Shown here in pieces: positions 8,902 through 18,805 of a DNA stretch of 64,000 nucleotides. The position numbers were made by a program, and so were the translations under genes. The notes under the pieces were generated by a model, which searched no databases, was not told the DNA's origin, and was given only the letters and a program-made list of their open reading frames with translations. How positions within the stretch are numbered: the stretch's first letter is position 1; every line of letters starts with the position of its first letter. Origin of the DNA: Paramoeba atlantica (lineage: Eukaryota; Protista; Discosea); assembly GCA_977017575.1 (NCBI GenBank), contig CDRNVI010000015.1, positions 62,001-126,000 of the forward strand, given 5' to 3'.

Positions 8902-11900
8902 ATGAGTCGGAGCATTGCCCTGAACCTTGGGACACTAGGTGTCTGCTTGATTAGTCATCTGTTATCATGTGGTGTGTCTTGCGCGGAAAATTATAAAAAT
9001 ATCTTTGAAACACTAGAGGGCTTCCATACGACGCACGAAACTTTGGATTCCACGCACGAATTCTTACATTCCGATGCAGCAACGGGTCGTCATACTTCAT
9101 TGCGATACAATGTCACGAAATGCGATTCGCAGCGTTATCATACCCTTGTTGACGTTGAACGACTCTATTGTCATCATTCAGGACACGCAGAAATTCAATT
9201 TAAAAGCCAGTCAAGTCTTTCAAATTTTCTAGAGCAAGTATCTCCGGGCACAGTTTTGATGTCTCATCACAGTCTGAAATGTCAATCAAGTGGTGATCAT
9301 GTCTTATTCCGTGTACAGAGTATCGAGCTTCATCCAGAAAAGGAATGTCAAGTAGAGGTAATCGGGAACGAACTGCAGCCATTTGAGATCTTTCGGCACG
9401 CTGAAGTTGAGTTCGCCACCAATATGGCACATGCGCCCCCAAGTTCACAGCGTAAAGTCGAAAGCAAGTGTGGAAATCGTGCAAATTGGTACATGCCTGA
9501 GTTCCTAAGCGCCAATCCAATCCACCCTAACAATGACGCGGGTTCTTTTGGACCCTCTCAAGTTATGCAGCACATGAGTCATCCCGTGAATGCAATGCAG
9601 AGTATTCTTCGTCGTAGCCACTCAGTTGGTATGAGTAAGCTGACTGAATCTAACCTTACCGACAGTGTGTTAGGCAATCTCACCAACGGTGAAGCAGATA
9701 TCGATCAGCTGAGCTTTGCTGGATCTTGGAAAGTACCTTTTCCCTCTGATGTACTCTATATTTTTGCGAGTACGCCTCGTATGTTGTGTAAGGAGTGCTC
9801 CATACAACTATCCCCTACGATTAGATTTCGACTGCACATAAGAGACTATCAACTCGTGGAGTTTACACTCATCATGGAGTCGGTTGTGTATTTTAGTGTG
9901 GTTCCGTACATTGACTTTGATGCTATGCAAAAGTCATTTGCAAAAGATCTTGCTAAAATAACGCTACCCAGTGTACTGTTCACGGTAGGTGGGGTTCCCG
10001 TTGAATTGCAACCAAACATTAACTTGAGCACTTTTCTTGGGGTGCGTGCTAACGTAAAAGCTCGGGTAGGCTTCACGGTGGGTGTCTTTGGACATTTGAG
10101 AGGTGGGATTGCGTACGATCAGGTTAGCGGATTTCGATCTCCCTCCGCGGCCAAATTTGAAGCCGTACCACATGACTATGACTTTCGCATCGGGTCTCGC
10201 TGCCGGAGGTACGATGGTGCACTCCTGCACGATATAGCTAATGTAGAAGAATGCGCTGCGTCGTGCGAACAGGATGCAAATTGTAAACACTTTCAGTTTG
10301 ACCACACCGAACGGACTTGTGCGCTCAGTCGTGAGTGTGAGCTATTGTCCTCCCCTGATAGTGTGTTGTCGACGTTTTCATACTCACCTTGGGTTCGTCC
10401 CGATCCGCATCCAACGCTCTCTGCCATACTTTACCCAGCGATTATGCCTGAACTGAGCCTGGTCATTAATCGAATCGGTGGTCCCAACTTAGCACTTTGC
10501 GCTGGAACCAGTGTAACGGTATTTGCCCTGAATACTACAACCTTGTGCTCAGTTACATCTGTAAACACCGAAATTGACTTTCTGATAGGAGGTAGTTTAT
10601 ACTTGCGCATCGGCGGACATACGCTGATTAATCGAGAGGAGTATCTTAATCCAATATACACGGTGACCGTTCCGATACAAGGAGCTGTGAAGTATTGCTA
10701 CGATGATATACGACGCTCTTTTCTGCCACCAAAGGCCTCACCTCCGGAAGTGCCGGAGCCCCCACCCATTTTCAAGGTCACGCAAACAAAGTTTCCATCC
10801 TCGGATAGCACTTGGAACAAAATAATCGCATCTACTAAATTTTTTGGTAACGCTCTCATGTCGTTATTCTCAGTATTTGACCCTACTCAGAGGGCGGCAG
10901 AACAGCAGTCATTGAACTCTACAGCGATTCAACCATATCTTATGAACTTTTGGAATCCGCAACTTGGTAGTTATCCAAAAGTTCTACAAAGTGAGTCAGT
11001 TAACCTCATGTCAAGTAGCAGCTTGTTGCCCGATCAATCACCAAAAAATGTTTATTCCGATCAAGCGTTTTTCAGCGAATTGAAGAGTTCTTTTCTGGTT
11101 GAAAAGGTCGAAGATGAATTTGAAATTATTACATCTGAACAGTGCGAACATCAGCTTCCTCGCATGTCTCAAGCTCTATCTTTAGGAGATTCGTGGATGG
11201 GTTTATGTGAGAGCTTTCCATACCGTGTGGAAGTTCGTCTCATCTACATCGGTGGTAGTTCGAATCAATTTTCTTTTGTTGTTTCAGTGTTCGATGGGAC
11301 AACAACGCAAACATCTAGATCTCGATATTCTTTCAAGGAACAAAAAGCTTCTGAGACCACCAAAGTCATCCTACGACGCCTATCCGACACAGAATCTCAC
11401 AGCAATAGTTCTTACATTTTCTTTGGTAGTGAACTCTCGCTGCGAGTTGTCGAGAATGATATGTTGATTCTGGATCAGGCCCCGATAGTCTTGTCTGCCT
11501 GTTCGGATGTACTCATGCGGAAAAAGGAAAGTTTGGACTACATGGAACAAGGGAGCGTCCTTCATTTAGGACAAACTTTAGATTCTGGTCTCACACGCCT
11601 TACATTGAGCAGCCGGGGACTTGCAATTGAAACAAACTACGACAAAAATGATCCACACCATTTGCAATACTGGGAACAGAACGAAGGAGGGATCCCATTA
11701 AACGACAACTCGTCCAATGCGCTTTGGTTTTACCCGAAAAATGTAACTACCCCTGACATAAATCGCCTATATTTTGACACTGAAGGTAAGGTGCGGCTCT
11801 TAAATTCGAAAGGGAAAACGCGATATATTTTAAACCCTCCTTATGCATTGGGCGGACGATACTTGGTCTTGAATAATTGTTCTCTAGCGATTTATCGGGA

Positions 11901-13422
11901 TTTGCCTTTCTTGAAACCATTATGGGAGATTCGCGTAGCAGGGTGTCAGGAAAGTGGTCTAGTCAATGGCCATCGCGCATCTTTACGCCGATTGCCTCGT
12001 CAGAACACTAACATGCTGCACTTAGGTCAATGTGCATTTTCGAATTTGGATATCGAATCTCGGTCGCAGAATTCAGAGCAAGAGCCTTTAGATCTCAAAG
12101 ATCTCGTTGCGCGCCCTTCTACCGATCACATGGCTTTGTGCCTTCACCATGATGGCAATGTAGTTCTTACATCAAGAATGACCGGCGACATCCTATGGCA
12201 ATCCAACACCAGTGGCGCTGGTGGAAATGTGCTCATGCGAAAAGAAAATTATATCGAGATTCATCACATCGACGAAGCTCCAGAGCGCAAATCAGGTCGC
12301 ATTTGGTTATCTCATCATGTTTCTTGGATGTCTCATTTCCCTGGTTTAAGCATAAACACCGGTAACATCGCTTCAACCACAATGGCAAAGCCTATGATGC
12401 CCTTAATGTACACGCGATATCCTTTTCGTGATCGGTTTTGGATGTCAGTTGGCGATGCGCTCTACCCCGGGCAAACCATAATATCGTCTAGGACAATGTT
12501 AATCCATCAGTTGGATGGCAATGTTGTACTTTACGAGAAAAAGACTCGTCGAAAACTATGGAGTACGAACAATGTTGCGGAAAATACTACTGCTTTCGCA
12601 TTGCAAAACGACGGTACACTGGCTCTTTATGCAAGTACTGAGCAGAACTCTTCACGTGTGAGAAAACTTTTTGATGCTTTTCCTGTAGCAAATCGCAGAA
12701 CTGGATTTCGGGTGAAGTGGTTAGTCCTAGAGGACGATTGCCGACTTTTGGCACGCGGACTGGATGCTGAAGGAAAAATTTCATCCCAGTATTTGAGCAA
12801 TGAAACGTGTTCCAGTACCGAAGGCTTAACTCACAACAGTGCGGAAGCCTTTTTTCATCCGAATTTCGCAGCCAATCTTGATACCTCCGGTATTCTTGAA
12901 TCCGACGAGTACCTGCATTACGGTGAGACCATGTTTTCCACAAAGACTTGTACTGCTCTTCAATTGCTTCCTAGTGGCACGGTGTACTACAGCTCTCTTG
13001 GTTTGAAGCGTAAAATACTGCTCAATTTCACATTTACTCTGCCAGGGGGGGTGCCTCCCATTGCCATTCAAGCGAATGAAAACTTAAAGAATCCTACGGA
13101 TATTTTTGCAAAGAATAATGTAAAGCAATACGCCGGATCGGTAGAAACTAAGAACTCCACAACTAGGCGTTTGAATAGTATCAAATTAGGTAAAAGCTGT
13201 GTGTGGCTAATAGAGCAGCAGGACCGCACACAAAGAGAATTGCCGCTTTGGCAAAATGCGAAGACATGCCCATCGTTCTCGGTAGATATTTTTAGCCCTC
13301 CTAAAAAACAAAGTGTGCCTTCACAGAATCTTCTACCTCTTCCCATACAATGTGCACTTAAATCCTATAGAGTGGGTATCTTCCATGCAAATTCCACCTC
13401 TGTTACACCCGCGGGAACCTGA
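8902..13422 (+). CDS. Large secreted-type protein with a PAN/apple domain and bulb-type (B-lectin) repeats
   Basis: Hydrophobic N-terminal signal-like peptide; EECAASCEQDANCKHFQF...TCAL (PAN); HHDGNVVL...LWQSNT, QLDGNVVLY...LWSTN and LQNDGTLALY (B-lectin-like). Confidence 0.7.
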   Translation: MSRSIALNLGTLGVCLISHLLSCGVSCAENYKNIFETLEGFHTTHETLDSTHEFLHSDAATGRHTSLRYNVTKCDSQRYHTLVDVERLYCHHSGHAEIQFKSQSSLSNFLEQVSPGTVLMSHHSLKCQSSGDHVLFRVQSIELHPEKECQVEVIGNELQPFEIFRHAEVEFATNMAHAPPSSQRKVESKCGNRANWYMPEFLSANPIHPNNDAGSFGPSQVMQHMSHPVNAMQSILRRSHSVGMSKLTESNLTDSVLGNLTNGEADIDQLSFAGSWKVPFPSDVLYIFASTPRMLCKECSIQLSPTIRFRLHIRDYQLVEFTLIMESVVYFSVVPYIDFDAMQKSFAKDLAKITLPSVLFTVGGVPVELQPNINLSTFLGVRANVKARVGFTVGVFGHLRGGIAYDQVSGFRSPSAAKFEAVPHDYDFRIGSRCRRYDGALLHDIANVEECAASCEQDANCKHFQFDHTERTCALSRECELLSSPDSVLSTFSYSPWVRPDPHPTLSAILYPAIMPELSLVINRIGGPNLALCAGTSVTVFALNTTTLCSVTSVNTEIDFLIGGSLYLRIGGHTLINREEYLNPIYTVTVPIQGAVKYCYDDIRRSFLPPKASPPEVPEPPPIFKVTQTKFPSSDSTWNKIIASTKFFGNALMSLFSVFDPTQRAAEQQSLNSTAIQPYLMNFWNPQLGSYPKVLQSESVNLMSSSSLLPDQSPKNVYSDQAFFSELKSSFLVEKVEDEFEIITSEQCEHQLPRMSQALSLGDSWMGLCESFPYRVEVRLIYIGGSSNQFSFVVSVFDGTTTQTSRSRYSFKEQKASETTKVILRRLSDTESHSNSSYIFFGSELSLRVVENDMLILDQAPIVLSACSDVLMRKKESLDYMEQGSVLHLGQTLDSGLTRLTLSSRGLAIETNYDKNDPHHLQYWEQNEGGIPLNDNSSNALWFYPKNVTTPDINRLYFDTEGKVRLLNSKGKTRYILNPPYALGGRYLVLNNCSLAIYRDLPFLKPLWEIRVAGCQESGLVNGHRASLRRLPRQNTNMLHLGQCAFSNLDIESRSQNSEQEPLDLKDLVARPSTDHMALCLHHDGNVVLTSRMTGDILWQSNTSGAGGNVLMRKENYIEIHHIDEAPERKSGRIWLSHHVSWMSHFPGLSINTGNIASTTMAKPMMPLMYTRYPFRDRFWMSVGDALYPGQTIISSRTMLIHQLDGNVVLYEKKTRRKLWSTNNVAENTTAFALQNDGTLALYASTEQNSSRVRKLFDAFPVANRRTGFRVKWLVLEDDCRLLARGLDAEGKISSQYLSNETCSSTEGLTHNSAEAFFHPNFAANLDTSGILESDEYLHYGETMFSTKTCTALQLLPSGTVYYSSLGLKRKILLNFTFTLPGGVPPIAIQANENLKNPTDIFAKNNVKQYAGSVETKNSTTRRLNSIKLGKSCVWLIEQQDRTQRELPLWQNAKTCPSFSVDIFSPPKKQSVPSQNLLPLPIQCALKSYRVGIFHANSTSVTPAGT

Positions 13423-13885
13423 TATAGAAATGTCCTTATGCATCAAGTTTTAGCTTACTAGATTTCATTCACTTTCGCGTCATATTGTCTTTCAGTTCCA
13501 TCTTTCAGTTATTTACCCTTAGGTTATCTGGGCGTACTTTGACGTATAAAGTCTAAACATTCTACAGACGTATTTTATAAGTAACCCTTTAAGCGTGAAA
13601 ATAATTTTTGGCTCGCAAACTATTTTCCGCGAGATTCTTATTGGTTAAAGGGATTTCTAAATGATTGACGTTTTCTAATTGACCATTCGTTCAAGACTAT
13701 ATACATCATTATTACCTTTGCTGGCGATCTTTCATGATGTTTATTGTGTCGTAAATTTGTGTTATAAACAGAACGATTCATGTTAATTGCTGTTTACCCT
13801 TTCAAAGCCCTTTTCATGCTGCATTCTCGTGTGGCCGTGATGTCCTGTGTAATTAGGCGGGGTGGTTTACCCTTATCTCATTAGA

Positions 13886-15010
13886 ATGCGCACCGAAGAT
13901 CTGGATGACGATGCGTGGGCTACAACAAGTGATGAGAATTCTAGAGAATCGATTTTAGATGACGAACACTGCTTTTATCACTATAAAGACATATCAATTA
14001 CTCAATGGGCAGAAAAATATCCAAATTTGACAGACGCATCAAGGAGTACACATCGTCGGGTGGGGGACATTCTGCTTAAAAGTGATAACGAATTAGCAAA
14101 GAATATATTTCAGAACATCGTTCGAGTAGCATCCTTTAAATTCGAAGATTCCGTTCTCATTCTTAATACCCTTTGGGCGATTTTACGTCTTTTCTCGACA
14201 GATTATACTATTTGGGCCTACAGGCGCTGTGTACTGAAAAGGTACATAAAGCATTTATCGAATGCTAACTCGCCAGGCTTCATCCGCACATTGCTTTGTG
14301 ATGAGCTCGAAATGTCTAAACGAAGTGCGGAAAGAACGCCTAAAAACTTTCAGATATGGAACGATCGCAAGGAACTTATTCAGCTTTTTGAGCTCAAAGC
14401 ATTAGTTAGCTGCAGCATGGACATAGAGTCGCTCATCCATGCAGAAAAAGTTTTGTGCACACAACTGCTCGAAATGGATCCGAAAAACTACCATGTATGG
14501 TCATACCGAAAATGGTGCGTACAACAGTACGATTCGACTGCCGGTGAACTGGATTACACCACACGGCTCATACAGCAAGATGTGTTCAATAATTCAGCCT
14601 GGACGTATCGATATTTTTTGATAACCTCTAATTTTAATATTTTATGTACCAACTTCAATAAAGAAATAGCAAGAGTAATCAGGAGTCTATGCGTTGCACC
14701 TGGGAATGAATCTTCTCTGTCATACGCTTTGGGACTGTGCATGGATAGATCTCAAAGCACCTACAATATTGTAAAGTGTCGACATTTCTATGAATGCTTA
14801 AAAAATTTCTGGAAAGGTGAGAAAATCTGTCACATTCATGAAGAGTTCTTGAATATCGAAGTCAAAACTGAGACAGATCGTTCTAATGAAGCAATCCTTT
14901 GGATGCTTCATGATTTGGCAAAAATACTGAATCTTTCAGACAGCACTTCATATTACGCTCAGATGCTTTGCGTAGAAAACAGTTTACATGCATCATTTTG
15001 GTTACCCTAA
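13886..15010 (+). CDS. FNTA: Protein farnesyltransferase/GGTase-I alpha subunit
   Basis: PFTA repeats PKNFQIWNDR, DPKNYHVWSYRKW, DVFNNSAWTYRYF and PGNESS. First ATG is 13886; the ORF track starts at GTG 13862. Confidence 0.85.
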   Translation: MRTEDLDDDAWATTSDENSRESILDDEHCFYHYKDISITQWAEKYPNLTDASRSTHRRVGDILLKSDNELAKNIFQNIVRVASFKFEDSVLILNTLWAILRLFSTDYTIWAYRRCVLKRYIKHLSNANSPGFIRTLLCDELEMSKRSAERTPKNFQIWNDRKELIQLFELKALVSCSMDIESLIHAEKVLCTQLLEMDPKNYHVWSYRKWCVQQYDSTAGELDYTTRLIQQDVFNNSAWTYRYFLITSNFNILCTNFNKEIARVIRSLCVAPGNESSLSYALGLCMDRSQSTYNIVKCRHFYECLKNFWKGEKICHIHEEFLNIEVKTETDRSNEAILWMLHDLAKILNLSDSTSYYAQMLCVENSLHASFWLP

Positions 15011-15039
15011 GAAAAACCGAATGAAATAGTATGAAGAAC

Positions 15040-15960
15040 CCTCTTCCTTTCCACCACTCCCCTATTTTCTTGCTCTCTCTACACCCCCACAAAAACAAAA
15101 CATCACCCTCCCCCTACCCCATATACATGCCCCCTCCCCCCCATGTCTGACACCCCCCACCCCACCCTCCACCTCCTCTCCGGTACCGCCAACCCCGACC
15201 ACGCGGTCTCCATCGCCCACGCCCTCTCCCTTCCCCCCCACCCCTGCCGCGTCTCCCGTTTCCCCAACGGTGAAATCGACATTGAGATTCTCACCGACCT
15301 CCACGGGGGGGACACCTTTGTGGTCCAAAGCACCTGCGGCCCCGACCTCAATGCCGCGCTGATGGAGCTGCTGCTGCTGCTGCACACCGCGAGGCTCTCC
15401 GGGGCGCGCCGGGTCACCGCGGTGGTCCCGTTTCTCGCCTACGCCCGACAGGACCGGCAGACGCGGCCCGGGGTGCCGATCTCCGCGAGTGCGGTCGCGC
15501 AGCTGATCCAGGCCATCGGGGTGGATCGCCTCGTAACGGTGGATCTGCACTGCGGGCAAATCCAGGGGTTCTTTCGAAACCTCCCGGTGGATAACCTCTG
15601 TGTGGATGGACCGTTTGTGCGGTACCTTAAAGATCGGGGGTTCGACCCCGAGACCGCGGTGGTGGTGTCCCCGGATGCGGGAGGGGTGGAACGGGCGACC
15701 CGGGTCGCGAACCTGTTGTATGCCCGTCACGTGGTGACGATTTTAAAAAGGCGCACGGAGGCGAGTAAGGTGCACTCGATGCAGATGGTGGGGGAGGTGA
15801 GGGGGTACACGTGTTATGTGATTGATGATATGGTGGATACGGGGTGTACGCTGGTGGGGGCGTCGAATTTGTTGCGCGCGAGGGGGGCGTGTGATGTCGT
15901 TGCGTGTGTGACGCATGGGATTTTCTCGGGGGATTGCTGTGAAACGCTGGAGAGGTGTGA
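15040..15960. other. GC-rich island, C-rich to G-rich switch (PRS 5' flank and CDS)
   Basis: C-runs begin in the non-coding flank at about 15040; G-rich from about 15600; boundaries approximate. Confidence 0.75.
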
Positions 15961-16141
15961 ACCCTTGCGTGAGGTCGTTGCAACCGATAGCATACCCCAG
16001 CAGGAGCACCAAAAACGGTGTTCGAAATTAAAAGTTTTACCGTTGGGTCCATTACTCGCTGAAACTGTGCGCAGAATTAATTCAGAACTGTCAGTCTCAG
16101 ATAGAACGGCGGTATTTAATCAACGGAATTCGCAATTGTAG
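15143..16141 (+). CDS. PRS: Ribose-phosphate pyrophosphokinase (PRPP synthetase)
   Basis: RFPNGEI, PFLAYARQDR, VDLHCGQIQGFF, VSPDAGGVERA and IDDMVDTGCTL motifs. Confidence 0.97.
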   Translation: MSDTPHPTLHLLSGTANPDHAVSIAHALSLPPHPCRVSRFPNGEIDIEILTDLHGGDTFVVQSTCGPDLNAALMELLLLLHTARLSGARRVTAVVPFLAYARQDRQTRPGVPISASAVAQLIQAIGVDRLVTVDLHCGQIQGFFRNLPVDNLCVDGPFVRYLKDRGFDPETAVVVSPDAGGVERATRVANLLYARHVVTILKRRTEASKVHSMQMVGEVRGYTCYVIDDMVDTGCTLVGASNLLRARGACDVVACVTHGIFSGDCCETLERCEPLREVVATDSIPQQEHQKRCSKLKVLPLGPLLAETVRRINSELSVSDRTAVFNQRNSQL

Positions 16142-16877
16142 TTCTACTATGATTGTGTATGTAGGCCTTTTTCTTTCTGGTATCCTTGGGCCATTATCCA
16201 TGGTTGCATTTCACAGGTTTTGTAATGGGTACACACTCTTGTAAAAACAAGTTGGATCACGAATCTTTACTGGGCGTTGACGAAGCAGAATGGGGCATCA
16301 GAAAGTAACGTATTAGGTGTTGTACCGGGTTAATCTCTAATCAGTGATCGGTTTTCGCAATATTAGGGATATTAACCCACAACGAAAAATAGGAGCCTTT
16401 ACGCAGTTTTTCAGATTCATGTACTCATGTATCTATTTCAGATTCAATACCTAAGAGACGGGCCATATTATGGATGAAACTTAAAATACGGCAATCTATC
16501 GAAAAAAAATCCAAAAATCTCAAAGCATCCCGAAATCAAAGTTTTAGAGTTTAACGCGCATCTTGGTCGCACGTCATGTTTATACGAAGAAAATGAAAAA
16601 TCTGGAATCCCGAACGTCGGAAAAACGCGAATTATAACGGAATTATAGAAATATTTAGCATAACACTTCGTCCATTCTTTAATAATTTGGGTGACGTTTT
16701 ATGGATGTACAGTATTCATTTTATTAATGTTCCTTGTCTCCACATTTTTTACTTTTTTATTCGCACTACATTTCCCTCAATGAGAGTCAGAAATCTATGA
16801 GTCCGAATATAATTGAACCACATGCTGTTTATCTACAGAACGCCGAGAATTAGGTGTTCCCACGAATCTCATTTTTG

Positions 16878-18370
16878 ATGACCTTGGAAAGGACAGGTTG
16901 GGATATTCCAGACACTTTAGATGACTGGCTCCCGAGAATTTTAGAAAATGGGTGCAGCCAAGAGAAATGTGGAGACATAGTAGGAGATTTCGGCGAAGAA
17001 GTGGTCTCTTTACTTCCAAAATTTTTACCGGCGCCAATTAGCATACCTTCGTGGAATTTGTCAAGTGACAAAGACAAAGAAACACGTGAGCACATGTTTC
17101 GCGAAACTGCTGAAAGTGTACTGCTTGACTTGTATAAAAACACTGATGAGGAGCTTTTGCACATCCTTATTAGAATACTTGATAACTACACAAATATTAA
17201 GGAGGACACCGAAAAGCGTCATCTCTTGCCAGTTTATATCGCAGAATGCACAGAAGCCTTGGGGATTGAGCGGTGCGAACTTGTTGACGCAATTTTCAGA
17301 TTCCCTGGTGAGATTCTTCTATCTCTTTTGGTAGATTTTATGAAGCTGGATGTGTACAGTGATAATACAGAACCAAGCCCTTCACGAGGTCCCACAGCAC
17401 ATTTCAAGAGAGGAAAGGAATTGGGCTTTCATACTGAAAAGGCTTTACATCGCCGATTAACCTTGAAGGCCAAGGCCTTGCAAGCACTAGAGCAACCGGA
17501 AAAATTTTTAATTCATGACACCTCTAACTCGGCATCCATAGGTCAAAAGAAAGTCTTGACAAAAGGAAAAGATCATGTTCGATTTGATTTGCCTGCTCCA
17601 ACCTCTGCAAATCTTGGAAGAAACCAGTGTTTACCTGTTGCTGAATTACCTGAGTGGACGCGCGATGCCTTCGGGTCTATTACTTATCTGAATACCATTC
17701 AAAGTAAAGTATTTTGCACAGCATACGAAACTGACGAGAATATGCTTGTATGTGCTCCGACAGGTGCCGGCAAAACACTGATCGCACTTCTTGTTATTCT
17801 CCGGCAAATGAAACATAGTCGAAAAATGGATGAAAAATTTCTCAATGATTTCAAAGTGGTTTATCTAGCTCCCATGAAGGCTCTCGTATCAGAAATGGTT
17901 GACAACTTCTCCTCCCGTCTCAAAAGGTATGGGATTGTAGTTAAAGAACTCACTGGAGATATGCAGCTTACAAAGAAACAAATTGAGGAGACGCAAATAA
18001 TCGTTTCCACCCCCGAGAAGTGGGATGTCATAACAAGGAAAACGTCGGATAATCCTTTTTTATCCACTTTGCGCGTTCTAATTTTGGACGAAGTACATCT
18101 CCTAAATGATGAGCGTGGTCCCGTACTGGAATCGATTGTTGCGCGCACATTGCGTCTCGGGGATATTGGGGATGCTGAAGTCCGCATCGCTGCTTTAAGT
18201 GCAACATTGCCGAACTACGAAGACGTTGCACGATTCCTGCGCGTTGATTCCTCGATGCATTTACACGTGTTTGGTCCTGAATACCGTCCTGTACCGTTGA
18301 GTACATCGTATATCGGAATTCATTCCTCTCTTCCCGAACAGGAAAAAAGGCGCGTAATGGAGCGCATCAC
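16878..18370 (+). CDS. ASCC3: ASCC3/Slh1 Ski2-like helicase, 5' part (interrupted by insertion)
   Basis: CAPTGAGKT, ILDEVHLL, ALSATLPN and RPVPL motifs of the first RecA domain; the frame stops at TAG 18372-74 at the insertion junction. First ATG is 16878. Confidence 0.85.
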
Positions 18371-18805
18371 GTAGTGTTTTATCATGCACTTATAGTGCAG
18401 AGATTAGCTCACCATGTCCTTATCCCGCATAAGACGGGTGGATCATGTGAGGTTTCGTCCTCGCCGGAGGTGTGCGGGTGCGGAGAGCTGGCGTCCCAGG
18501 TGCAGAGAGCTCGGTTGTCATGTGCAGGTGCAGAGAGCCGGATGCGTAATCCCCATATTACAGTTTCGGGGGCAATCCGGGTGCAGAGAGCTGCGACAGA
18601 GCCGAGGTGCGGAGAGCTGGGCGACCGCCAGGTGCAGAGAACCGAGTCTCGTCGGCGGAGGACACGTCTAGTGGTCCTCAAGGGAGGCCACCGTGACGCA
18701 TGGCCCTCTCGGAGAGGAAAAAGACAAGTCGAAAAAAGCCGAGAGGGGGAAGCACACTCACTCCAGGGGAGTGAGTCGGGGAGGGGTGAAGTGGTGAAAG
18801 CGCGT
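18371..18805 (+). mobile_element. ~430-bp interspersed element in ASCC3, possible GT-AG intron (18371-18800)
   Basis: Non-helicase sequence between ERIT and HISEALYKGKQVLVFVHAR; six GGTGCRGAGARC motifs; 3' hairpins; CGT at both junctions; homologous copy at 1521-1759. Confidence 0.85.

Noticed and set aside
15062-15730. Long minus-strand or alternative-frame ORFs in GC islands (also 33501-34013, 39673-40212, 42646-43251, 59622-60113)
   Set aside because: Shadows of well-supported + strand genes; stop codons are depleted by the GC-rich composition.
16175-16230. Weak similarity to 38995-39035 (GGGCCATTAT...CAGGTT...TAATG)
   Set aside because: Too short and gapped to separate from chance.
18372-18395. 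Stop-codon readthrough or reassignment to rescue ASCC3
   Set aside because: Further in-frame TAGs follow (18393, 18669), the 433-nt insertion shifts the frame, and TAA, TAG and TGA all terminate conserved genes here.
18477-18643. CRISPR-like repeat-spacer array
   Set aside because: Repeats are only 12 nt, spacing is irregular (22-53 nt), there are no cas genes, and the context is eukaryotic; treated as internal element motifs.
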